Positions 39,956-50,117 of a stretch of 64,000 nt of DNA are shown here, piece after piece. How positions within the stretch are numbered: position 1 is the stretch's first letter; the number at the start of each line of letters is the position of its first letter. The stretch lies in NCBI GenBank assembly GCA_041389025.1, contig JAWKSP010000001.1:542663-606662 (forward strand), given 5' to 3'. The notes beneath the pieces were generated by a model. The model was not told where the DNA came from and made no database searches. It saw only the letters and a list, made by a program, of their open reading frames with translations. This DNA comes from Minisyncoccota bacterium. GTDB taxonomy: Bacteria; Patescibacteriota; Minisyncoccia; Phycocordibacterales; UBA918. Both the position numbers and the translations under genes were made by a program.

Positions 39956-40207
39956 AAACCAGAGATTGTGATGGCTACCAACCATCAAGATAAATTGAGG
40001 TGAATTTATAAAATAAGTCTTAGTTTATCTGTACAAGGATCTTGTACCTAATCTGATGTAAAGAGAGTTGGTGGGTGGAAAATTTTGCGGAGCAAAATTT
40101 TCCACCCTACCGGAAACTCGGTGGACCCGCGGTTTACATTTTTTAAAATCGTCCGAGTGAATATATGAAATATTTTTTCGTGTATTCACTTGGGCGATTT
40201 CTTATTT
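39956..40207 (+). promoter_or_regulatory. T-box riboswitch (Thr) leader of thrS
   Basis: ACTCGG-TGGACCC-GCG (40116-40131) can pair with CGT-CCGAGT (40150-40158); overlapping terminator at 40146-40207; promoter TTGACA-16-TAGGAT. Confidence 0.75.
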
Positions 40208-40317
40208 AACAATTGATAATTTTCAGTTTCTTTAATTTATGTTTTGAACGATTCTGCAGGCAAAGCCAAAGCCTAAGTGAAAAATATAAATTAAAAAAAC
40301 TGAACACAAAAAATACT

Positions 40318-42075
40318 ATGGAACAAAATCTTGAACACAAACGACATACTTTGGCCCATCTCTTGGCGGCGGCAGTTTTGGAAAAGTATCCTCACGCCAA
40401 ACTGACCTTAGGCCCAGCAATCGATACCGGCTTTTATTATGATATTGATTTTTCCGACGGTAACGCTCCCGGAGATGATGATCTGAAAGGTATTCAAAAA
40501 CAAATGAAAAAACTTTTGAATAAGTGGACCGAATTCACCCACGAAGAAGTTTCAGCTGAAGTAGCAAAAGAAAAATTTTCCGACAACAAATACAAACTGG
40601 AATTGATTGATGAAATAGAAAAGAAAGGTGAAGTGATTACCCTATACACTTGCGGTGATTTCACCGACCTTTGTCGCGGTGGACACAGTGAAAACCCAAA
40701 AGAAGAAATAAACACTGACGCTTTCAAACTAGAAAAAATTGCTGGTGCCTATTGGCGAGGTGACGAGAAAAATCCGATGCTCACCCGTATCTACGGAGTG
40801 GCTTTTGATACCAAGGAAGAATTGGAAGCTTACGATAAACTACAAGAAGAAGCCAAAGCTCGCGACCATCGCAAACTTGGCAAAGAATTAGACCTCTTTA
40901 CTTTCTCCGACCTAGTTGGCTCCGGCCTTCCACTCTTTACCCCTAAAGGTACTTTAATGCGTGATTTGATTGTTGATCGTATCATGAGGATTCAAGCCAA
41001 ATACGGCTATCAAAAAGTTACTATTCCACACATCACCAAAAGTGACTTGTATAAAACTTCCGGACACTGGGACAAATTTGGTGACGAGCTATTTAAAGTC
41101 AAAGGTCAATCAGAAGCTGAGTTCGTACTTAAGCCGATGAACTGTCCACATCATACTCAAATCTTCGACAGTCGTCCTCGATCATATAAAGAACTACCGA
41201 TTCGTTACGCAGAAACCACCATGGTTTATCGCGACGAACAACAAGGTGAACTAATTGGACTGTCACGAGTCCGTAGTATTACCCAAGATGACGGTCATGT
41301 TTTTTGTACTTTGGAACAAATTGAACAAGAAATAGAAAATATCGTTGGCGTAATAAGAGAATTTTATCAAGCTCTCGGCATGTACAAAGACAAAAACTTT
41401 TGGGTGTCACTGTCAGTCCGTGACCCAAAAACTATGGAAAAGTATCTTGGCAGTAACGACAACTGGAACAAAGCCGAAGAAACTCTAGAACGAGTAGCCA
41501 AAAACCTTGGTTTACCGTACAAGAAAATTGAAGGTGAAGCGGCTTTTTATGGACCAAAACTGGATTTTATGTTTTTTGATGCCCTTGGTCGAGAACGACA
41601 ATTAGCCACTGCTCAACTAGACTTTATTATGCCCGAACGCTTTGCGCTATCTTATATAGACAATACCGGAAACAAACAAACCCCGATCATGATCCATCGC
41701 GCTATCGCAGGCTCATTGGAACGTTTTATGGCCATCATGATAGAACACTTTGCCGGAGCCTTCCCCCTATGGTTATCACCGGAACAAATTCGCATTATTC
41801 CAGTAAATGATGTTCATTTTGATTACGCCAGACAAGTGTACGAAGAATTAAAGGCAGTTGGACTTAGAGTTTCTTTAGATGACAGTAACGAATCTATGGG
41901 TAAGAAAATCAGAAACGCCAAAAAAGAACGGCTCCCCTACTTTGCTGTCATTGGTGACAAAGAAGTTCAAGCCAAAAATGTCACTCTGGAAACTCGTATT
42001 GGAGAATCAATGCAAATTGATTTAAGTAAGCTGGCGAACCACCTTTTAACCGAAGCTGATATGTTGGACTATTAG
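40318..42075 (+). CDS. thrS: Threonine--tRNA ligase (lacks the TGS domain)
   Basis: RHTLAHLLA, DLCRGGH, RDHRKLG, KPMNCP, AFYGPKLD, IHRAIAGSLERF. Confidence 0.97.
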   Translation: MEQNLEHKRHTLAHLLAAAVLEKYPHAKLTLGPAIDTGFYYDIDFSDGNAPGDDDLKGIQKQMKKLLNKWTEFTHEEVSAEVAKEKFSDNKYKLELIDEIEKKGEVITLYTCGDFTDLCRGGHSENPKEEINTDAFKLEKIAGAYWRGDEKNPMLTRIYGVAFDTKEELEAYDKLQEEAKARDHRKLGKELDLFTFSDLVGSGLPLFTPKGTLMRDLIVDRIMRIQAKYGYQKVTIPHITKSDLYKTSGHWDKFGDELFKVKGQSEAEFVLKPMNCPHHTQIFDSRPRSYKELPIRYAETTMVYRDEQQGELIGLSRVRSITQDDGHVFCTLEQIEQEIENIVGVIREFYQALGMYKDKNFWVSLSVRDPKTMEKYLGSNDNWNKAEETLERVAKNLGLPYKKIEGEAAFYGPKLDFMFFDALGRERQLATAQLDFIMPERFALSYIDNTGNKQTPIMIHRAIAGSLERFMAIMIEHFAGAFPLWLSPEQIRIIPVNDVHFDYARQVYEELKAVGLRVSLDDSNESMGKKIRNAKKERLPYFAVIGDKEVQAKNVTLETRIGESMQIDLSKLANHLLTEADMLDY

Positions 42076-42135
42076 GAAAAATAATAAAAAAGCCCTGCGC
42101 CGTAGGCGCGGGGCTTTTTTATTATTTTTCCTAAT
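42071..42135. terminator. Inverted repeat with 31-bp arms; bidirectional terminator
   Basis: ATTAGGAAAAATAATAAAAAAGCCCTGCGCC-GTA-GGCGCGGGGCTTTTTTATTATTTTTCCTAAT (one G-T pair). Confidence 0.8.
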
Positions 42136-42139
42136 CTAT

Positions 42140-45100
42140 TTAGACAACTACTTTAACCGCTTTCATAATAGCCATCTTCACCGCTGACGCTTCATCGGTA
42201 TAAGTACCGTCCAAAGCACCAGTCAAAGCTTTAATCATCTCAAGTAACTGTTCATCTGATAATTTTTCAGTTTCTTTAAGTAGCAAATCAGAAATTATTT
42301 CTTTACTTCCTTTACGAGCTCGATAAACTGAATCTAAATCAGACGCTGCATCAGCTAAAGCAAACATTGGTCGATTACCAATCATTTCATAAGCAGCAAC
42401 TACATTACCGGTGACAATTGACTCAGCCAGAGAACCAGAACCTTCTGGAATTATAGTTGGCACTTCTTCTGCTATAGTAGGAATTGATCCACCCAACTCC
42501 TCTTTATATATCTTACACAGTTCCCGCATACGGTTTTCGTTTACCACTATCCAACCATCTTCAGTTGGGTAATTAACTTTGGCTTCATTTATTATTTGAT
42601 CAAGATCTCCAAGATAATCAGTCGACGACTTAAAGGAAGTCACAAAATATCTTATTGCATCACCGGAAAGAAGGACTTTCTTTAGGTGAGCATGATTTTC
42701 AATTTGTGTTATCACTTCATCAGTATTCAAGACCAGACTAACAGTATTTTCTCCATCTGATTGACTTGTCTCTACATTAGAAGTTGATTCGAGTTCGATT
42801 ACTGGATTATGAGTCGGTAAATTAACCGGTGCCGAAAAAATATTTTTTGGTACAGTATCGTCTTCTAAATTATCTTCTTTGTCATTAATTTTAATCACTT
42901 CGTCACCAGTTTTATTTTCAGTTACCGGATTTAAATCATAACCAGCTAATCTATAGCCTCCAATAACATCACGACGCACCACTAAAAAGTAAGCAATGTA
43001 AAATGACCAAAGTGCTAACAAAGTATAAAAGATTGAAGTCAGTATTGGACCGGCTTCAAAACCAGTATAAGGCACATCAGTCAAAGCGATACCGGAAATC
43101 AGAGGTTGTTGATCTCTTATTTCAGTAATTACAATATCTTCTTTATCATCTTCTACTTCCACTTCTACTCGACAAGTTCGGTCGCGTGATCCCCGCTCTA
43201 CTACTAATTCATATACAGTATCAACTTCTGGAGAGACGGTAATTTTTCCTTCAAAGTATCGATCTTTTTCATCACTCAAGTAATCGTCAGTATCTACCAA
43301 CACATTACCCTCACTATCCTCCAACTTAAGCTCAGTGGCTCGACTACTATCCCAAGTCAAAGTCACTTCTTCTCCCTTCTTTATTTTACTATCAGAAACT
43401 TCAAGTTCACAACGAGGTGAGGATGAACCACCACCTCCTCCATCGCCTCCAGAACTAACATCCAGAGCAACCGGACAAGTAATAGTGTCAACTCCGTCAG
43501 TGGCAGTCATAGTGTAAGTAGTGTCTGAAGTTGGTGAAACCGAGACTGATCCGCTAAGACCAGTAGCACTTATTCCCTGATCAAAACTCACAGCTGTAAT
43601 ATCAGTAGTACTCCAAGTCAAAGTAGCATTATCACCTCGATCAATATTATTTGGACTGACAGACAGGCTAACATTAGCTGAACAACTAATTGGAGCTGGT
43701 TCTGCTTCAACGGTAACAACTGAATTACAAATAATAGTTTCTCCGTTAATACCTAACACTTCCAACACATAGGTCTTGTTAGCGTTTAAGATACCCGTAT
43801 TCTGTGTTCCATTTGAAGCCACAGAACCAAAGTCAGTCAAAGTGGTAGAAGAAGCATTAGTGGTAGTCCAAGATAAATCTACTGTCCCGCCAAAAGCTAC
43901 GGTTACCGTTTCTGGAGCAAGTGAACAAGTTGGGGCTGGAATTGGATCAGCCACTGCTACAGTAACCTGACAACTATGTTCCTTAACATAGTCAGATGCA
44001 GTTAGTATGTAAGTAGTGGTAGTAGAAATATTTACAGACAAAGTACCGGTAGCATTTACTTCACCAATCCCATTATTAATAGTTACCAAAGAAGCATTTT
44101 CGGTAGACCAATTCAATTGTGACTGACCGCCACCAAATGGTAATGAAAACGGATTGGCACTGAAGGCCACACATTTTGGCACTTCTTCTACCGGCGGTTC
44201 TTCCACTGTTAAAGTAACTCCACAAATATCACGTTGATCATTTTTACCAAACACTGTTAACAGATAGTCTGTAGTATCAAGCGGAGTAACAGACAAAGTA
44301 CCGGTAGCATTTACTTCACCAATCCCATTATTAATAGTTACACGATTAGCATTAGTAGTCTTCCAAACTAATTCAGCTGAATCACCACGAGTGATTTTGT
44401 CTGGAGTGACTGAGAACAAATCACATTTTGGTACGGGTACCGGACAAGATTCATAAACCTTTGTTTCAACAATGTTACTGTACGACCATTTTGAGAAATA
44501 ATTTAACTCACGCGCTGTCGCTCTAGCTTTGTTTTTTACAATTACTTCTGTACCACAAGCAATATTTTTATTAACTTTTCCTACCCAAGTTATTGTTCCT
44601 TCCTCACCTGGATTTAAATCATGTCCATTCCAAAATAGTTTTCTGGTACTTTCTTGATATGGCGGATAACTACCATACCCAGCACTAATGTTCCCACTGT
44701 GAGTCTCGCTAATAAAATTAATATTAGGATCAAGCTCATCGACAATTTTTACACCCCCTCCAGTACAATCTGCAGTACCAGTATTTTTAATATTTATAGT
44801 ATAGGTTAACTCATCACCTGGCTTAGCACTATCCTTATCCACCGATTTGGTTAGAGTAAGTTCACAATATGGAGTAGTTTTTTCTATCTCAATTTCAGAG
44901 TAACAACTAATCTTCTCACCCTTAAGTCCAGTGACTTCAAGTTCATAAGTTTTATCACCGGTTATTGGACCAGTAGTAACTGAACCATTTAAATCAACCA
45001 CCCCATAATCAGTTAATGTAACCAAATCAGAATTAGTAGTAGTCCAGACCAGCTCCACCGATTCACCATTTGAAATTATTTTGTGACTTGGAGTCAGATT

Positions 45101-45775
45101 ACAAGTAGGAGTCGGTGAAGGATTTTGCAGACAAACCACCTTAACAGTTGAAGTACAACTTGATTTTTCATCAGCAGTTTTAGCAATTAGGGTGTAGGTA
45201 GTATTTTCTTGTAGATTATAAAATGCTTTCGTACCTGAAGTACTATTTAGCACCTCACCATTTAAAGTTAATTTAGTAAAACCATTGGTTACCCAAGATA
45301 TATCGATATTAGAACCAACATAAATTTCATCAGCACTAGCTGTCACTTTACAAGTACCACTAAAGGAACTTCCAGATGACGAACTGGAAGATGAACTTGA
45401 TGATGAGCCAGAACTAGAAGATGAAGAATCAGAAGAGCTTTTACTATCATCTCCACTATTATCATCAGTGTCTTCAAAACCACTTAAAAATGATTCATTG
45501 AAAGAAAAAGAATTATTAGAAAAATCAGTACCAGAAAAAGAAAAACCACTTCCCTTTTCAGTGTCACTTGACGAATCGTTACTGGTATTAACCTCACCAT
45601 CATCAGTTGTAGCAGTAGTTGTATCTAAAACCTCTTCAGTGGCTAAGGCGCTGTTTGGAGTAAAGGTTTGTAATTCATGATAAGCATCATATGAACTAAA
45701 GTTCAGTGCAAAAAAAGCCAACACCACAATCATGAAGACAGGCGCTGTTTTCTTTAAAAACATTAAAACATTCAT
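42140..45775 (-). CDS. Large surface protein: signal peptide, Ser-rich linker, DUF11-like and ~6 Cys-bracketed Ig/PKD-like repeats, VPYTG-TM, cytoplasmic C-terminal domain
   Basis: LTKSVDK..PGDELTYTI.IKNTG; repeated C...G....L.W.T.N....T.Y.L...C units; LTDVPYTG followed by a hydrophobic helix and RR. Confidence 0.85.
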   Translation of the reverse strand: MNVLMFLKKTAPVFMIVVLAFFALNFSSYDAYHELQTFTPNSALATEEVLDTTTATTDDGEVNTSNDSSSDTEKGSGFSFSGTDFSNNSFSFNESFLSGFEDTDDNSGDDSKSSSDSSSSSSGSSSSSSSSSSSGSSFSGTCKVTASADEIYVGSNIDISWVTNGFTKLTLNGEVLNSTSGTKAFYNLQENTTYTLIAKTADEKSSCTSTVKVVCLQNPSPTPTCNLTPSHKIISNGESVELVWTTTNSDLVTLTDYGVVDLNGSVTTGPITGDKTYELEVTGLKGEKISCYSEIEIEKTTPYCELTLTKSVDKDSAKPGDELTYTINIKNTGTADCTGGGVKIVDELDPNINFISETHSGNISAGYGSYPPYQESTRKLFWNGHDLNPGEEGTITWVGKVNKNIACGTEVIVKNKARATARELNYFSKWSYSNIVETKVYESCPVPVPKCDLFSVTPDKITRGDSAELVWKTTNANRVTINNGIGEVNATGTLSVTPLDTTDYLLTVFGKNDQRDICGVTLTVEEPPVEEVPKCVAFSANPFSLPFGGGQSQLNWSTENASLVTINNGIGEVNATGTLSVNISTTTTYILTASDYVKEHSCQVTVAVADPIPAPTCSLAPETVTVAFGGTVDLSWTTTNASSTTLTDFGSVASNGTQNTGILNANKTYVLEVLGINGETIICNSVVTVEAEPAPISCSANVSLSVSPNNIDRGDNATLTWSTTDITAVSFDQGISATGLSGSVSVSPTSDTTYTMTATDGVDTITCPVALDVSSGGDGGGGGSSSPRCELEVSDSKIKKGEEVTLTWDSSRATELKLEDSEGNVLVDTDDYLSDEKDRYFEGKITVSPEVDTVYELVVERGSRDRTCRVEVEVEDDKEDIVITEIRDQQPLISGIALTDVPYTGFEAGPILTSIFYTLLALWSFYIAYFLVVRRDVIGGYRLAGYDLNPVTENKTGDEVIKINDKEDNLEDDTVPKNIFSAPVNLPTHNPVIELESTSNVETSQSDGENTVSLVLNTDEVITQIENHAHLKKVLLSGDAIRYFVTSFKSSTDYLGDLDQIINEAKVNYPTEDGWIVVNENRMRELCKIYKEELGGSIPTIAEEVPTIIPEGSGSLAESIVTGNVVAAYEMIGNRPMFALADAASDLDSVYRARKGSKEIISDLLLKETEKLSDEQLLEMIKALTGALDGTYTDEASAVKMAIMKAVKVVV
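44034..44341. repeat. 53-bp identical direct repeat (44034-44086 and 44289-44341) in adjacent Ig-like domains
   Basis: ACAGACAAAGTACCGGTAGCATTTACTTCACCAATCCCATTATTAATAGTTAC occurs twice. Confidence 0.9.
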
Positions 45776-45985
45776 AAAATAAAGTAATTAAAATTTGTAA
45801 ACTTTATACTCCAACCTACACCCATGTACGCAAGAGTAATCAAGATGACAAATCTATTTAAAGAACATTTATTTACTGCGAAAATTTGAGATTAAAATAA
45901 GCAGAGATAAGAACTAAAAGACTAAAAGTTTACTAAACTTTTTCAAAACAGTAGTTAATTTTTTACTGTTTGTCAATACCAAAAT

Positions 45986-46681
45986 TTATACTGAAAGGGC
46001 TATCACTTCATCCAACTCAGCCTCTACAATATATCGATCATCCACCGATCCAAAACTATTACAAGTTGCTAAAACCAACCTTTTAGAATCACCAGCTATC
46101 GGTACGGTAGTATCGGCAGCTTCAGCTTTATAGACTTTATTTACTCTATATATATATTCAGAATTTTCTGATTTTACCCTAATCAAATCACCCCATTTTA
46201 AATCTTGAATACCATTAAAAGCTTGGAAGTTTTTATTTATGACATTAGGTAGATAACTTGAATGAGCCAATATAAAAACCGTACCCATTTGATTGAGAGT
46301 AGCTGAATCAGGATGACGTACCGCTCCATCGAGTAATGCAGTGTCTAATTCGGATACTGATCGGGATTTAGGATTTAGCACAGTCACAGTTTTATTTAGA
46401 GAATCAAAAGTTATACTAGTTGGTACCTCAGTAACACTAGAAGTAGCTATATTTAGATTATCATTATCAATCGATTCGACTATATTATCCTCTACAGATT
46501 TAGTATCATTTACAATCTCCTCTTTTATTTCTTGAGTATTTTGATTAACCGGTTCTGGTAAAAAATCCAACCAAGCTAAGATGGCATAAGAAAATAAAAA
46601 CACCAAAAAGAAAGTGACTACAAAAGACACCTTTCTAGCGATCAGAGCATTTACCAGCTCATCCCATGAACTAATTTTCAT
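45986..46681 (-). CDS. Sortase-family transpeptidase
   Basis: N-terminal TM, ILAHSS (His), LVLATC (Cys), DDRYIV (Arg). Confidence 0.85.
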   Translation of the reverse strand: MKISSWDELVNALIARKVSFVVTFFLVFLFSYAILAWLDFLPEPVNQNTQEIKEEIVNDTKSVEDNIVESIDNDNLNIATSSVTEVPTSITFDSLNKTVTVLNPKSRSVSELDTALLDGAVRHPDSATLNQMGTVFILAHSSYLPNVINKNFQAFNGIQDLKWGDLIRVKSENSEYIYRVNKVYKAEAADTTVPIAGDSKRLVLATCNSFGSVDDRYIVEAELDEVIALSV

Positions 46682-46762
46682 TTTTTTATGATACTATATT
46701 ATCATCTATTTGTCAATTAAATTTATTTGACATAATTGTGAATCGTGGTAGTGTTTCCAAAT

Positions 46763-47860
46763 ATGAATAACCTAGAAACAAACGAGAATTCTCAACACAA
46801 AAGCAGTTTTGCTAAGTTTTTAATAATTATAATTATATTATTATTACTTGCCGGTTCAGCTTGGGGAGCAGTTAAAATCGTTAAAAATTTCCCTGAAACA
46901 TTTAGTCATCTAGCCTCTATTGCTGACACTGTCTACAATTATGATCCTACCGAAGAAGTAAGCTTAGTGGTAAAAACTGATCGCGAGGTAATAAATAATG
47001 GCGAAATCCTTTCTGTTTGGTGGAACAACTCTAATACTAGCGGTAACTACTCTTTCAGCTATAGTTGTCAAGATGGAGTGGCTATTGATCTTAAAGTACC
47101 AAACAGCGATTTCGTCAGTATAAACTGTGACAATTCTTACAATTTAGACCAAGCCAATCATATTGAATTAAAAGTAGATTCGGAAAAATGGCGCTTTACT
47201 GATGTTAATTTCTCAATTTCTCACATTAGAAATAATACAAATTTAGCAGTAAGTAGCGATAAAATTACGGTCGTAAATAGTCAACTAAGCACTATCAATA
47301 ACGATTATGAAAACAACACAGAACCAACAACCGATAATGATGATGTATCTATAAGCAATACTGAACCAGCTATCTCTGATTCCTCAGAAGAAAATACAAA
47401 TACCAATGAAGAAGTAGCTACTGAAGAAATTACTAACAACCATAAACCAGCTCCAGTGCAACAACCTATCTATACTTATGCTATTCCAGTTTCTGATCCA
47501 AACGGAACCATTGATTTAGTTCTAAGTAACGTAGCAACTGGCTATATAAATGAAATTGGTATTTTTATAGAAACCAATGAAATCAAACAAGACTCAGCTA
47601 ATGCAGTTAAATTTACAGTCCACAATATTGGTACCAAGACTTCTGAAGATTGGTTTTTTACAGCTGATGTTTTAGGCAACACTGTCTTTAATTCAAGAGA
47701 TCAAAAATCACTTAAACCAAACGAACGTTCAACTATAATTATTCAATTACCTGCCATCAAGGAACAAAAAAATTCTAATACAGCAATCCATATAACAACA
47801 GACAATGATCGAAATATAAACAATAATTACTTATCAATTTTCACTACATTTACTAAGTAA
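46763..47860 (+). CDS. Membrane-anchored hypothetical protein with a C-terminal CARDB-like Ig domain
   Basis: N-terminal TM; DLVL...KFTVHNIGTKTS..LKPNE..NINNN. Confidence 0.75.
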   Translation: MNNLETNENSQHKSSFAKFLIIIIILLLLAGSAWGAVKIVKNFPETFSHLASIADTVYNYDPTEEVSLVVKTDREVINNGEILSVWWNNSNTSGNYSFSYSCQDGVAIDLKVPNSDFVSINCDNSYNLDQANHIELKVDSEKWRFTDVNFSISHIRNNTNLAVSSDKITVVNSQLSTINNDYENNTEPTTDNDDVSISNTEPAISDSSEENTNTNEEVATEEITNNHKPAPVQQPIYTYAIPVSDPNGTIDLVLSNVATGYINEIGIFIETNEIKQDSANAVKFTVHNIGTKTSEDWFFTADVLGNTVFNSRDQKSLKPNERSTIIIQLPAIKEQKNSNTAIHITTDNDRNINNNYLSIFTTFTK

Positions 47861-47920
47861 AAGAAATAAAAAAGAAAATCCTTGCTTTAGCAAGGATTTT
47901 CTTTTTTATTTCTTTTACTT
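47855..47920. terminator. Perfect inverted repeat with 32-bp arms between convergent genes
   Basis: AAGTAAAAGAAATAAAAAAGAAAATCCTTGCT-TT-AGCAAGGATTTTCTTTTTTATTTCTTTTACTT. Confidence 0.85.
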
Positions 47921-49986
47921 TATATATCAAGGTCCGCCATTTTAGCATTTGATTGAATAAATGATTTTCGACTGGACACATCAGTCCCCATTAAAATATC
48001 GAATACCTTGTCAGCCATCTGTGCGTCATCAATAGTTACTTGTTTTAATATACGAAACTCCGGATTCATGGTAGTCTCCCATAGTTCTTCGGCGTTCATC
48101 TCACCTAAACCTTTATAACGCTGAATTCTAACTTTACTATTTTTCTTGACAGCCTCCACCTCCCCTTCCTCTTCCTCAGCTTCAATATTTTCTTCTTCTG
48201 AAACATCTACTCCCATATTTTTCAAGATAGAAAACTTTTCTTCATCGGTGAAAGCATAGTGAACTTCTTTAGCTTTTTGAATTTTATATAAAGGAGGTTG
48301 AGCAATATAAATATAACCATCCTCCACTAACGGTCTAAAGTACCTAAAGAAAAGAGTTAATAGCAGAGTCCGAATGTGAGCCCCATCTACATCAGCGTCA
48401 GTAGCGATAATAATCTTGTGATATCTAAGTTTGGATACATCAAACACATCACCAATAGCGGTACCTAGAGCGATTACTACATTTTTTATTTGCTCTGATG
48501 ATAACATCTTATCAATCCTAGCTCTCTCAACATTTAATATTTTTCCCCGTAAAGCCAAGATTGCTTGAGTCTTTCGGTCACGACCCATTTTCGCCGAACC
48601 ACCAGCCGAATCCCCCTCTACAATAAACAATTCTGAATCTTCAGCTTTTTTACTTTGACAATCAGCTAACTTACCTGGAAGAGACATCCCTTCAAGCGCT
48701 CCCTTACGAAGAACACTATCCTTGGCCGCCTTGGCGGCTTTTCTAGCTTTTACTGCAATAATAACTTTATTGATGATAGCCTTGGCATCATCCGGATTTT
48801 CCTCCAAATACATTGAGAAAGCTTCACCAAAAACTGTTTCTACTGCACCACGTGCTTCTACTGAGCCAAGTTTGGCTTTAGTTTGTCCTTCAAACTGAAT
48901 TTCCGGCATCTTTACCGACACCACCGCTGTGATACCCTCAAGTACATCGTCACCAGTAAAACTGGTATCTTTGTCCTTAGCTGAAAAGAAATTATTTTTC
49001 TTGGCGTAGTTATTTAAGGTACGAGTAAGAGCAGTTTTGAAACCAGTGATATGGGTACCATGTTCTGGGTTATAGATGTTGTTGGCAAAAGCTGATATAC
49101 GAGCGGAAATATCGTCTACATATTGTAAGGCGACTTCAACCGACATTACAGACTCATCAATATCATTTTTCTCAACATAGAAGATATTTTTATGTACTGG
49201 TTTTTGATAATGATTATTAAAGGCTACTAGCGATCTAAGACCACCTTCAAAGTAAAAGTGTTGTTGTGGAACCTCTAAACGATCATCGCTAAGATACTGC
49301 TTACCTTTTAAATCAAGTTTCTTCTGTTCTGCTTCACTCATTTCTCTAGCATCAAGAACTGATATCTTCATAGCTTTTACTAAGTAAGCCTGCTGACGTA
49401 AGTGGTTTACGATTCGTTTAAAATCATAATTAATCTCCTTGAAAATAGTCGGGTCAGCTTGAAAAGTAATAATCGTACCTTTTAGTTTTGAAGGTCCAAT
49501 TTTTTTAACTTTAGCCTTTGGCTTTCCAATGTTGTACTCTTGTATATAATAACCACCATCACGATGCACTTCGGCAATAACATGAGTAGATAGCGCATTT
49601 ACCACTGAGACGCCTACCCCATGGAGACCACCAGAAACTTTGTAACCTTCGCCACCAAACTTTCCACCAGCATGTAGCGTTGTAAGGATAGTTTCTAAAG
49701 CTGAAACCTTAGTCTGTTTATGAGTATCAACTGGAATACCGCGTCCATTATCTACCACTCGTATGTAGTTGTCAGGCAAAAGAGTTACTTCCACCCGATC
49801 CGCAAATCCACCCATCGCTTCATCACGTGAGTTATCAAACACCTCCCAAATTAAGTGATGAAGACCATCAGGGCCAGTGGTACCGATATACATCCCAGGA
49901 CGTTTACGAACCGGTTCCAATCCTTCCAAAACCGATATGGAAGAAGCATCATATCCTCCTTTCTTTTTTTCTTTTTTGTCTGCCAT
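47920..49986 (-). CDS. gyrB: DNA gyrase subunit B
   Basis: VRKRPGMYIG, DNGRGIP, LHAGGKF, VEGDSAGGS, DADVDGAHI, QRYKGLGEM. Confidence 0.95.
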   Translation of the reverse strand: MADKKEKKKGGYDASSISVLEGLEPVRKRPGMYIGTTGPDGLHHLIWEVFDNSRDEAMGGFADRVEVTLLPDNYIRVVDNGRGIPVDTHKQTKVSALETILTTLHAGGKFGGEGYKVSGGLHGVGVSVVNALSTHVIAEVHRDGGYYIQEYNIGKPKAKVKKIGPSKLKGTIITFQADPTIFKEINYDFKRIVNHLRQQAYLVKAMKISVLDAREMSEAEQKKLDLKGKQYLSDDRLEVPQQHFYFEGGLRSLVAFNNHYQKPVHKNIFYVEKNDIDESVMSVEVALQYVDDISARISAFANNIYNPEHGTHITGFKTALTRTLNNYAKKNNFFSAKDKDTSFTGDDVLEGITAVVSVKMPEIQFEGQTKAKLGSVEARGAVETVFGEAFSMYLEENPDDAKAIINKVIIAVKARKAAKAAKDSVLRKGALEGMSLPGKLADCQSKKAEDSELFIVEGDSAGGSAKMGRDRKTQAILALRGKILNVERARIDKMLSSEQIKNVVIALGTAIGDVFDVSKLRYHKIIIATDADVDGAHIRTLLLTLFFRYFRPLVEDGYIYIAQPPLYKIQKAKEVHYAFTDEEKFSILKNMGVDVSEEENIEAEEEEGEVEAVKKNSKVRIQRYKGLGEMNAEELWETTMNPEFRILKQVTIDDAQMADKVFDILMGTDVSSRKSFIQSNAKMADLDI

Positions 49987-50058
49987 GCTGAATTATTAAA
50001 ACGTTAAAATATAAGGTTCATTATAGCAGATAATGGACCGATTGTCTGTTTGACTTTA

Positions 50059-50105
50059 GGTAAAAAAGCGGGCAAAAAACTTTGTTTTTTGCCCGCTTTT
50101 TTACC
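50059..50105 (-). terminator. Perfect inverted repeat with 22-bp arms after pheT
   Basis: GGTAAAAAAGCGGGCAAAAAAC-TTT-GTTTTTTGCCCGCTTTTTTACC. Confidence 0.8.
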
Positions 50106-50117
50106 ATCACCCATCCC

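Noticed and set aside
15517-49986. Inteins or introns in rpoB, rpoC, dnaE and gyrB
   Set aside because: Lengths are normal or short, and no intein splice motifs or insertions were seen.
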